A stretch of 64,000 nt of DNA from an uncultured Gammaproteobacteria bacterium (GTDB taxonomy: Bacteria > Pseudomonadota > Gammaproteobacteria > JAGOUU01), in contig CAZSRF010000002.1 of assembly GCA_964609155.1 (NCBI GenBank), positions 352 to 64,351 of the forward strand, read 5' to 3'. A model generated the notes under the pieces. That model searched no databases. It was given only the letters and a program-made list of their open reading frames with translations, and was not told the DNA's origin. Positions within the stretch are counted from its first letter, which is position 1, and every line of letters starts with the position of its first letter. The position numbers and the translations under genes were made by a program. This document shows positions 30,430 through 39,144 of this stretch, piece by piece.

Positions 30430-31413
30430 ATGCGAAACCTAACCAGCTTATCAACTAGTAATATACATAGCACTTTTAATTTAGCAGGTGTTCTTTCATT
30501 CATTTCTATTATTCTTACACTTGTAATTATTTACTTAAGTATTAACAAAGTATGGATACGCAAACATGAACAGGAAGTGGCGGATTCAGTCTCCATATTT
30601 GCTACTTTACTAGCTTTATTTCAGTCTGTTATTGGATTGGTGGTTGCCTTGCTTAATTATAGTTATGATGATAGCTTGTTGGGAATGATTTGGATAATTG
30701 TAGGTATTGCCTATTTGTTTATAGCACTTGGTCTATGGGTAAATAATGGACTTACTTTTAGGCATAAGGTGATGCGGGCATTAAAAATGGAAAAAAGTGA
30801 ATCTTCAGCAATGCTAAAAAATCTTATACAGAATGTCAGCATTGAAAAGGTATTCAGAATTATCTGTACATTAGCATTAGCTGATCGAGAGCTACAAAAG
30901 GAAGAAGTAAAGTTATTAAAAGAATTTGCAAATAATTACAACGTAGATTATGAAAATATTATTAATAGTATTTCTAAAGATATTGAAAAGGAAAGCACTA
31001 CGGATATTATTAATAATTTAAAAAATGATATTCAGAGTTATATTAATACTTCACCACCAAAGCATGTAGTTGTCTGGTTGCATGATCTTATTGAAAAAAT
31101 TGTAAAAGCTGACGGGCGTGTAAGTGAAGAGGAATCAGTAGTCTCAGAAGAAATTGCTGGTACTATAACGACTTATTTGTCGGACGGTAAAATTAAACCT
31201 CCAAAATATTATTTAATTTTATTACCACAGGATAAACTCGATGAAGAGTCTATTCTTAGAGTTAATCAGAACTTGGTTAAGTCCGAAGAATCAATTTTTG
31301 GTAGTAAAATGGCGTATATTATAGATAGCTTTTATTCGCAAAAGTTTGCTGAAATTATTCGTGAGGACTATGTAAGATTATATAAATGCGCAGTTACTAT
31401 TGAAAAATTTTAA
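30430..31413 (+). CDS. membrane protein with cytoplasmic TerB-like (tellurite-resistance/DjlA-N-like) domain
   Basis: Three N-terminal TM helices, then ALADRELQKEEVKLLKEFANNY and KADGRVSEEE segments resembling TerB repeats. Confidence 0.45.
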   Translation: MRNLTSLSTSNIHSTFNLAGVLSFISIILTLVIIYLSINKVWIRKHEQEVADSVSIFATLLALFQSVIGLVVALLNYSYDDSLLGMIWIIVGIAYLFIALGLWVNNGLTFRHKVMRALKMEKSESSAMLKNLIQNVSIEKVFRIICTLALADRELQKEEVKLLKEFANNYNVDYENIINSISKDIEKESTTDIINNLKNDIQSYINTSPPKHVVVWLHDLIEKIVKADGRVSEEESVVSEEIAGTITTYLSDGKIKPPKYYLILLPQDKLDEESILRVNQNLVKSEESIFGSKMAYIIDSFYSQKFAEIIREDYVRLYKCAVTIEKF

Positions 31414-31428
31414 GTTAAAGATTCGCTC

Positions 31429-31475
31429 AAACCCAAATATTATCATTGCAAATTGCAATGACAATATTTTGGTTT
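31429..31475. terminator. bidirectional hairpin terminator between convergent genes
   Basis: Perfect palindrome TCATTGCAAATTGCAATGA (31443-31461) nested in AAACCCAAATATT...AATATTTTGGTTT, with a T-run on the + strand. Confidence 0.5.
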
Positions 31476-31521
31476 CAATCCTGACTGTTTATGTAGCTGA
31501 TGACAGCATGGAGTTTGTTGA

Positions 31522-32130
31522 TTAACGCAAATAAACGTTAAATACATCTGTATCACAGCGCGTTAATTCTTCATCTTCTCTTTCATCAGAATCACACGGA
31601 CCATGAGCTGTTGCACCACCACCAATTCCTTCATAAAGATTTACTGAATGTACTGAATGCGTAGTAGACCCATATAATCTATCACAGCTACTTGGTTCTA
31701 AAGGTACAGCTGATGCGTCTGCAGCTACAGCTGAAGTATGTGAACGTGGTCTTGCATATGCTATCCGCGTTGCCACAGGTAATGCGAATTTTCTAGATTC
31801 TGTGTTATTCCATGAAAGGGATGCTTTATATTTATTAATGACCAACTCTACCATATAGGGGGGGATTAATGGTATTGCATCTAATTTTGCTATATTCTTT
31901 AAGCTATGTGTCTGTGCCAATAATAGTGTTTCAAAATGAACGAAATGCAGGTGTAAACATTCTTTCCATAGGTCATATAATGGTTTAAATCTAAGAAGAT
32001 CTGTTTTATCTGTTGCTTCTAAGCTAGAAAAAAGCTCGTCGTAAGTTATTTCTGTTTTGCTAGGAAATACTTCATCCAGAATGGGGGTTGCTATTTCTAG
32101 AGTAAAACCGTCGTGGAATTGTAACTTCAT
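31522..32130 (-). CDS. hypothetical protein (202 aa); acidic, Cys/Asp-rich C-terminus; no recognisable family
   Basis: ORF with composition less AT-rich than the background. Effector-like orphan. Confidence 0.4.
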   Translation of the reverse strand: MKLQFHDGFTLEIATPILDEVFPSKTEITYDELFSSLEATDKTDLLRFKPLYDLWKECLHLHFVHFETLLLAQTHSLKNIAKLDAIPLIPPYMVELVINKYKASLSWNNTESRKFALPVATRIAYARPRSHTSAVAADASAVPLEPSSCDRLYGSTTHSVHSVNLYEGIGGGATAHGPCDSDEREDEELTRCDTDVFNVYLR

Positions 32131-32552
32131 AATTGCTCCATGTTAATTAAAGGTTTTTTGACCTGTTAAATTCTACCGGAATAATCAGAATATACAAATA
32201 GGACTTTTGTTTAGGGGCTACACGCGCGGGAAAGCTGTTGATAATTCCCCAAGAAAATTAGGCATCTTCAGGAGAATTGCAGGTGAGCGGAGTTAGATCT
32301 TAGTCAACTCTTACATAGTATAGAGGTAGTAAATTGCACTAGCGACAGCAATAAGCAAAAGAGCTGTTATAGTTACTCCATCAGAGAAATCATTGGGTCT
32401 ATTACCGTGTTCATCAAAGTGTTCTTGATTGTTCATAGATTAAGCTTAAAACAGTTTAAAATTAACTGCTATTGTATCAAATAATTTATATTTAGCATTT
32501 ATTTTAAAAAAATATTTATCCAGTTGATTTAAAGCCTATCAGAACTATTAGA

Positions 32553-32663
32553 ACTTACGCAAAAGCTTGTCGTACCGGCCAAAGAGCCAGATCTTGCAGA
32601 AAAGATCTCAGTTCTGCGCACTCGCTTGACCGAGACGACAACTTACAGTTATTCTGCGTAAAT
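32553..32663. repeat. About 110-bp MITE/REP-like element, copy C (TIRs ACTTACGCA...TGCGTAA)
   Basis: In reverse-complement orientation it aligns with the copies at 41056-41170 and 62144-62245: shared core GTCRTCTCGGTCAAGCG...GCAAGAT...GGCCGGTAYGACA. Confidence 0.6.
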
Positions 32664-32838
32664 CTTGCCTATAGAGGCCTATCACAAACTTTAAAGAATC
32701 ACCGGGAGATCAATGGCAGATTAGTGGGAGATTATTGTAAAAAATGGTTCTACTATGCTAATATAATCAGTATGTTAATTTGATAATTCTGATTTAATAT
32801 TTCAAGATATAGGCTTAATTCATAAGCTTAAGAGATAT

Positions 32839-34317
32839 ATGCAGTCTTTAAATAAGGGAATATTTATGCTAAAAGAACATAATAAACTAGTCTACAAAAT
32901 AACTGTTTTTTTTCTCTGCAATTTTTTATTTTCTTATGGACTCTTTTCCTATGGTGCGACGGCACCTCTACCAGAGTGGACCGATATAATCGAAAAAAAC
33001 GCTCCTGCGGTGGTTAATATTAGTACTTCTCATAACTACAATAATTTCAAGAAGCTTATAAAATTACCACCTGAGCTTGAAGGTACACCCCAGGGGGAAA
33101 TGTTAAAAAAATTCTTTGAAGAGCAAGATGGATCACAAAATCGTGATGAAACCTTGTCACTAGGTTCTGGGACTGTTTTATCAAAAGATGGTTATATAGT
33201 CACTAATCAACATGTTGTTAATAATGCAGATAAAATAATTGTTAAGTTATCTGATAAACGAGAATACCCAGCTAAGTTAATTGGTTCAGACAATAGTACT
33301 GATTTAGCGTTAATAAAAATAAATGCTAATGATTTGCCTTATGTAACTTTAGGCGACTCGGATAAACTCAAAGTAGGTGAATGGGTGGTTGCTATTGGTT
33401 CGCCTTTTGGTTTTGAGCATTCAGCTACAGCAGGTATAGTCAGTGGCAAGGCTCGTAGCATAGGCAAAGAACGTTTTGTTCCATTTATACAAACAGATGC
33501 AGCTATTAATCCTGGCAATTCAGGAGGCCCCTTGTTTGATATGAATGGCAATGTAGTTGGGATAAATTCACAAATTTTGAGCAAATCAGGGGGTTACCAA
33601 GGACTATCTTTTGCGATTCCATCTAATGTATTAAGAAACGTAGTTAGCCAATTAAAAGACATAGGTTATGTCTCTCATGGTTGGCTTGGTGTTGCTTTTC
33701 AAGAAATGAACTCTGAACTTGCTAAGTCTTTTGGGTTGGATAGAGCTTATGGAGCTCTAATTGCCAGTATCGTTGATGATTCTCCAGCGACCCGCGCCGG
33801 GCTTGTTGTAGGTGATATTATCTTAAAATTTAATGATGAGACAATATTAAATGCAACTCAACTCCCTGCCATTGTGGGGAATACAAAACCCGGTATTCAG
33901 GCTAAATTATTAGTATTTAGACAAGGCAAACAGATTGAAATGATGATAGTGATTGGTCAACTTGAACAAGATGAGCTAAAGAAAGCTGAAAATTACAAAG
34001 ATAAAAACTCAAAAAATAATGAAATTAAATATGATCGCCTAGGTTTAAGAGTTAGGGAGTTAACAGAATCTGAGCGTACAAAGTTTGGGGTTGTCAAAGG
34101 TGGGGTATTTATAACTAAAGTTGACGAAGATGGTTTGGCAGAAAACTTAGGTTTAACCGAAGGCTTGGTTATTTTAGCATTAAATATGCAGGACATAGCT
34201 GATAGTAAAAGTTACGATAATATTGTAAAAAGTCTTATTGCGGATAAATGGATTTCTATCTTGGTTAAAAATGATTCTGGCAGTAAGCGTTATTTTGCCT
34301 TCAAAATAACTAAATAA
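32839..34317 (+). CDS. degP: periplasmic serine endoprotease DegP/DegQ (HtrA family, two PDZ domains)
   Basis: Signal peptide. Catalytic His (TNQHVV), Asp (DLALIKI) and Ser (GNSGGPL). Two C-terminal PDZ-like segments. Confidence 0.9.
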   Translation: MQSLNKGIFMLKEHNKLVYKITVFFLCNFLFSYGLFSYGATAPLPEWTDIIEKNAPAVVNISTSHNYNNFKKLIKLPPELEGTPQGEMLKKFFEEQDGSQNRDETLSLGSGTVLSKDGYIVTNQHVVNNADKIIVKLSDKREYPAKLIGSDNSTDLALIKINANDLPYVTLGDSDKLKVGEWVVAIGSPFGFEHSATAGIVSGKARSIGKERFVPFIQTDAAINPGNSGGPLFDMNGNVVGINSQILSKSGGYQGLSFAIPSNVLRNVVSQLKDIGYVSHGWLGVAFQEMNSELAKSFGLDRAYGALIASIVDDSPATRAGLVVGDIILKFNDETILNATQLPAIVGNTKPGIQAKLLVFRQGKQIEMMIVIGQLEQDELKKAENYKDKNSKNNEIKYDRLGLRVRELTESERTKFGVVKGGVFITKVDEDGLAENLGLTEGLVILALNMQDIADSKSYDNIVKSLIADKWISILVKNDSGSKRYFAFKITK

Positions 34318-34366
34318 CGTGTTATGCTGAGCAAAATTGTAATGACTATAGATGTGATCGTAACTA

Positions 34367-36166
34367 ATGCAAATGCAAAATATAAGAAATTTTTCCATCA
34401 TCGCGCATATCGATCATGGTAAGTCTACGTTGTCTGATAGATTAATCCAATACTGTGGTGGTTTAACCTCAAGGGAAATGTCTGAGCAAGTCCTAGATTC
34501 TATGGACTTAGAACGTGAACGCGGTATCACTATTAAGGCACAAAGTGTTAGCTTAAATTATAAAGCTGATAATGGTGAGGTTTATCAACTAAACTTTATT
34601 GATACTCCTGGACATGTTGATTTCTCATATGAAGTATCACGTTCTCTTTCTGCGTGTGAGGGGGCTTTGTTAGTTGTTGATGCTGGGCAAGGAGTAGAAG
34701 CTCAAACTGTAGCTAATTGCTACACGGCAATTGACCAAGATCTTGAAGTAGTACCAGTTTTAAATAAAATAGATTTGCCTCAGGCTGATCCATTAAGAGT
34801 TGCACAAGAAATAGAAGATATTATAGGTATTGATGCAACAGATGCTAGACAAGTAAGCGCTAAAACAGGTATTGGGATTAAAGAATTGCTTGATGACATT
34901 ATTGTTAAGATTCCAGCACCCAAAGGTAACCCAGCGTCACCTTTACAAGCTTTAATTATTGATTCATGGTTTGATAGTTATTTAGGTGTAGTGTCTTTAG
35001 TACGAGTTAAAAATGGTGTTTTGTCAAAAGGCGATAAAATACAAGTTATGTCAACTGGTAGAACTTATTTTGCTGATAGCCTAGGGATATTTACACCAAA
35101 ACGGCTAGAGACAAAAGAACTTAAAACAGGCCAGGTTGGTTTTATTGTCGCTGGTATAAAAGATATTCATGGTGCTCCTGTTGGTGATACGATAACTTTA
35201 TTTAAAAATCCAGCTGTGCAACCGCTGCCAGGTTTTAAAACGATTAAACCTCAGGTATATGCCGGTATGTTTCCAGTATCATCTGATGATTATGAAAGTT
35301 TCCGTGATGCCTTAGAAAAACTTAAACTTAATGATGCTTCTTTATTTTTTGAACCAGAAAACTCACAAGCATTAGGATTTGGTTTTCGTTGCGGTTTTTT
35401 AGGGCTTTTACATATGGAAATTGTTCAAGAAAGATTAGAAAGAGAATATGATTTAGATTTAATTACAACAGCTCCAACGGTGGTATATAAAATTATTACA
35501 ACAAAAGGTGAAGAGTTGCTAATAGACAATCCTTCTAAATTACCTGCACAAAACTATATACAAGAAATGCAAGAACCTATTGCAGACGTTAATATATTAG
35601 TACCGCAGCAATACCTGGGCGTTGTAATTACCCTTTGTATTGAACGTAGGGGTGTGCAAGTAAAAATGGATTATGTAGGTCGACAAGTTGCATTAACATA
35701 TGAAGTCCCTATGGCAGAAGTGGTATTAGACTTTTTTGATCGTCTAAAGTCAGTAAGTCGTGGATATGCATCTTTGGATTATCATTTTAAAAGATTCAGC
35801 ACAGCACCATTAGAAAAGCTTGATGTATTGATTAATGGTGAAAAGGTTGATGCTTTGGCTTTAATTGCCCATAAGCAACAATCACAATACCGTGGTAGAC
35901 AACTGGCAGATAAATTGCGGGAGCTTATTCCTAGGCAAATGTTTGATGTTGCTATTCAAGCAGCGGTTGGCAACAATATTATCGCCAGAACCACAGTGAA
36001 AGCTTTGAGAAAGAATGTTACCGCTAAATGTTACGGCGGTGATATAACTCGTAAACGCAAATTGTTAGAGAAACAGAAAAAAGGTAAAAAAAGAATGAAA
36101 CAAGTAGGTAGTGTAGAGATACCACAAGAAGCTTTTTTAGCTGTTTTAAAAGTAGACAAAGATTAA
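34367..36166 (+). CDS. lepA: elongation factor 4 (LepA)
   Basis: G1 motif AHIDHGKST. Conserved C-terminal LepA domain. 599 aa. Confidence 0.95.
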   Translation: MQMQNIRNFSIIAHIDHGKSTLSDRLIQYCGGLTSREMSEQVLDSMDLERERGITIKAQSVSLNYKADNGEVYQLNFIDTPGHVDFSYEVSRSLSACEGALLVVDAGQGVEAQTVANCYTAIDQDLEVVPVLNKIDLPQADPLRVAQEIEDIIGIDATDARQVSAKTGIGIKELLDDIIVKIPAPKGNPASPLQALIIDSWFDSYLGVVSLVRVKNGVLSKGDKIQVMSTGRTYFADSLGIFTPKRLETKELKTGQVGFIVAGIKDIHGAPVGDTITLFKNPAVQPLPGFKTIKPQVYAGMFPVSSDDYESFRDALEKLKLNDASLFFEPENSQALGFGFRCGFLGLLHMEIVQERLEREYDLDLITTAPTVVYKIITTKGEELLIDNPSKLPAQNYIQEMQEPIADVNILVPQQYLGVVITLCIERRGVQVKMDYVGRQVALTYEVPMAEVVLDFFDRLKSVSRGYASLDYHFKRFSTAPLEKLDVLINGEKVDALALIAHKQQSQYRGRQLADKLRELIPRQMFDVAIQAAVGNNIIARTTVKALRKNVTAKCYGGDITRKRKLLEKQKKGKKRMKQVGSVEIPQEAFLAVLKVDKD

Positions 36167-36191
36167 ACTAATTATTGATGATTAATTATTA

Positions 36192-36884
36192 ATGAGACAG
36201 CATCAAAGATATTTAGAGCAAAAGATTTCTTATAATTTCAAAGATGCAAAATTATTAACTCAAGCTATAACTCATAGAAGCTATAGCAATAAGAATAATG
36301 AGCGTTTTGAATTCTTAGGAGATGCTATATTGAGTGCGATAATAGGAAGTGAGCTTTATACAAAGTTTCCAAAAGCAACAGAAGGTGAGTTATCTAGACT
36401 CCGTGCAAGTCTGGTTAATGGTGAGACTCTGTCAAGTATTGCAGCAGATATGCAAATAAATAAATATATACTGCTTGGGGACGGAGAGTTAAAAAGTGGC
36501 GGATTGCAAAGACAATCCATTTTAGCTGATTGTGTAGAGGCAATTTTGGCAGCTATTTATTTAGATAGTAATTTTGATGTATGCAAAAAAGCTGTGCTTT
36601 TATGGTATAAAGATAAGCTTAATGTTACTGATAATAAAATATTTGATAAAGATTCAAAAACAGTCTTGCAAGAATGGCTACAGGCAAAGCAGTATGGGTT
36701 ACCTGAGTATGCTATTATTTCTCAAACAGGCACAGATCATGAACAGACTTTCACTGTTAGGTGCTTTATTAAAGAATTAGATATCATTACACAAGGGGTT
36801 GCAAAGGCAAGGCGCAAAGCGGAGCAATTAGCTGCACAAAAAGCACTAGATCTCATTGATTTTAATAAAACTAATAAAAAATAA
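36192..36884 (+). CDS. rnc: ribonuclease III
   Basis: Signature ERFEFLGDAIL and a C-terminal dsRBD. Confidence 0.92.
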   Translation: MRQHQRYLEQKISYNFKDAKLLTQAITHRSYSNKNNERFEFLGDAILSAIIGSELYTKFPKATEGELSRLRASLVNGETLSSIAADMQINKYILLGDGELKSGGLQRQSILADCVEAILAAIYLDSNFDVCKKAVLLWYKDKLNVTDNKIFDKDSKTVLQEWLQAKQYGLPEYAIISQTGTDHEQTFTVRCFIKELDIITQGVAKARRKAEQLAAQKALDLIDFNKTNKK

Positions 36885-36893
36885 TATATCAAA

Positions 36894-37847
36894 ATGAAAA
36901 ATGTTAATCATTGTGGTTATGTGGCTATAGTGGGTAAACCCAATGTAGGTAAATCAAGTATTTTAAACCAAATCTTAAGTAAAAAGATCAGCATAACTTC
37001 TGATAAACCTGAAACTACTCAAAGACAGATCTTAGGTATAAAGACGTGTGAAAATTACCAAATAGTTTTTGTTGATACTCCTGGGTTACATGAAAATCTT
37101 TATAAAAAACAAAAAAATGTTTTAAATAGATATATGGGTAAATCTATTCATAATGCATTATTGGATGTAAATATAATCCTGTTTGTGTTAGGTGGTAACC
37201 GTTGGCAAGAAGATGATCAATTAGTTTTGGATACTATTATTAACAGCAATAAAAATAAAGATACTCCCGTCGTATTGGTTATTAATAAGGTAGATCTAAT
37301 CAAAAATAAAGACGATCTTTTGCCATTTATAAATCGCATTAAAGATAAATATAATTTTTCAGAGATATTCTATACGTCAGCTATAAAGAAAAATGGATTG
37401 GACGAATTAGAGAAAACTATTGTGTCCTATCTGCCTGAGGTTGAGAGTAAAGATTATTTTTATTTTGAACCGGATAGAGTAACTGATCAAAACAATAGGA
37501 CTCAAACAGCTGAGATTATACGTGAGAAAGTCATACGGTTTTTCGGTGCTGAAATCCCATATTGCATAGCAATTGAAATAGCTTCATTAAGCTATACAAA
37601 AACCCAAGACAATTTAAATTTAACTAAGATAAGCGCAGTGATATGGGTAGAAAAACCAGGCCAAAAAACGATTATTATTGGAACTAATGGCGAAAAAATT
37701 AAAGAAGTTGGCAGAAGTGCACGTATAGATTTAGAAAAGTTATTTAAAACTAAAGTTTTTTTACAGTTATGGGTGAAAATAAAAACTAATTGGTCTGATA
37801 ATGAGCGTGCTTTGAAAAGCTTGGGATTTAATTCTTATGAAGGATAA
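36894..37847 (+). CDS. era: GTPase Era
   Basis: G1 motif GKPNVGKSS, DTPG, NKVD and a C-terminal KH domain. Confidence 0.92.
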   Translation: MKNVNHCGYVAIVGKPNVGKSSILNQILSKKISITSDKPETTQRQILGIKTCENYQIVFVDTPGLHENLYKKQKNVLNRYMGKSIHNALLDVNIILFVLGGNRWQEDDQLVLDTIINSNKNKDTPVVLVINKVDLIKNKDDLLPFINRIKDKYNFSEIFYTSAIKKNGLDELEKTIVSYLPEVESKDYFYFEPDRVTDQNNRTQTAEIIREKVIRFFGAEIPYCIAIEIASLSYTKTQDNLNLTKISAVIWVEKPGQKTIIIGTNGEKIKEVGRSARIDLEKLFKTKVFLQLWVKIKTNWSDNERALKSLGFNSYEG

Positions 37848-37868
37848 TAAATAATATACTAATTATTA

Positions 37869-38570
37869 ATGCGTAATTTAACTCCAGCTTATCTAATACA
37901 TGCTAGAAGCTTTAGAGAAACAAGTCTGCTTTTGGATTTTTTTACACAAGAACATGGCTTTATAAAAGCTGTAGCACAGGGTGTTAAGTCAGCGAAAAAT
38001 AATAAACGTGGATTATTGCAGCCATTTAATAAATTACTAATTAATTGGCGCGGACGTTCGGAGCTAGTGACGCTAAATAATGTTGAATCTTTAGATGTGT
38101 ATACTAGTTTTCAGGGGAATAAATTAGCAGTTGGGTTATATATTAATGAGTTATTGTATAATTTGTGCGGTAAAACACCCGGGGTTCAATATGAAAATTT
38201 ATTTTTTTATTTAGAAGCATTATTAAAAAAACTATCGGAATTTAACTTAACCCAAGCCAGTATTCAAAAGTTTGAGTGTGATTTACGTGAGTTTGAGCTA
38301 GAACTTTTGTCTGCTATTGGCTATGGCATTGAGTTTAATGATATAGATAAAAATAATATATATGGCTACGATTTAGTTAGTGGTTTTTTTATTGCAAGCA
38401 ATGAATACCAAGCCAAAAGACTTATACTTTCTGGAAATGTATTAATTAAAATAGCAAAGAAAACATGGGATTCTGATAGTTTATTGGCAGCAAAAAAATT
38501 ACTAAGAGAAATACTGCAATATCATTTAGGAAAAAAAGAGTTACAAAGTCGTAAATTATTGGTTTTTTAG
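37869..38570 (+). CDS. recO: DNA repair protein RecO
   Basis: 233 aa. The N-terminal OB-fold region resembles RecO. Its position after era is conserved. Confidence 0.8.
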   Translation: MRNLTPAYLIHARSFRETSLLLDFFTQEHGFIKAVAQGVKSAKNNKRGLLQPFNKLLINWRGRSELVTLNNVESLDVYTSFQGNKLAVGLYINELLYNLCGKTPGVQYENLFFYLEALLKKLSEFNLTQASIQKFECDLREFELELLSAIGYGIEFNDIDKNNIYGYDLVSGFFIASNEYQAKRLILSGNVLIKIAKKTWDSDSLLAAKKLLREILQYHLGKKELQSRKLLVF

Positions 38571-38599
38571 AAATCAAAATAGCAAATAAAAGTAAGGTT

Positions 38600-39001
38600 A
38601 TGATATACGGTATAGGCACTGATCTTGTTGAAATTAATAGAATAAATAAAATATATCATATTTTTTATAAAAGGTTTTTAAATAAAGTATTATCTGCTAG
38701 TGAAATTACAAAGTTTAACAATATAAAAAACATAGAAAAACAAGTAAAATTTTTAGCTACGCGTTGGGCTGCAAAGGAAGCATTAGTCAAAGCATTAGGT
38801 GTTGGTTTCCGAGGCGGTATTTATCTATCAGAATTAGCAATTTCTAATAATGAACTAGGTCAACCACAAGTTATTTTATCTATAAATGCTCACAAAGCTA
38901 TCAGTAATCTGCTTCTAAATCAAAAATTCAAAACTCATGTAAGCTTATCCGACGAAAATAATTATGCAATTGCTTACGTAATTATTGAATTAATCTCATA
39001 A
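38600..39001 (+). CDS. acpS: holo-[acyl-carrier-protein] synthase
   Basis: 133 aa. N-terminal GIGTDLVEINRI is typical of AcpS. It follows recO as in the enteric rnc-era-recO-(pdxJ)-acpS operon. Confidence 0.8.
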   Translation: MIYGIGTDLVEINRINKIYHIFYKRFLNKVLSASEITKFNNIKNIEKQVKFLATRWAAKEALVKALGVGFRGGIYLSELAISNNELGQPQVILSINAHKAISNLLLNQKFKTHVSLSDENNYAIAYVIIELIS

Positions 39002-39144
39002 TTTCGATTAGCTACACTCTGGTATATTAAAAATTCACTTCTATACTTACAGTTGAATAGATTAATAATTAATCAACTAACTTTATTAGTTTGGAAGGTA
39101 TTTAATCTCTTCAAATCTACATTATTTTTTTTTGAGGGTTAAAT

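Noticed and set aside
30300-30430. Weak hairpin TTGGTTGG...ACCAAAT after addA
   Set aside because: The stem is short, imperfect and AT-only. It is not a convincing terminator.
32131-32340. Possible RsmY/RsmZ-like small RNA, from GGA-containing motifs and a LetA-box-like palindrome
   Set aside because: There are too few A(N)GGA motifs and no convincing promoter-plus-terminator pair. It is kept only as a low-interest finding for the palindrome.
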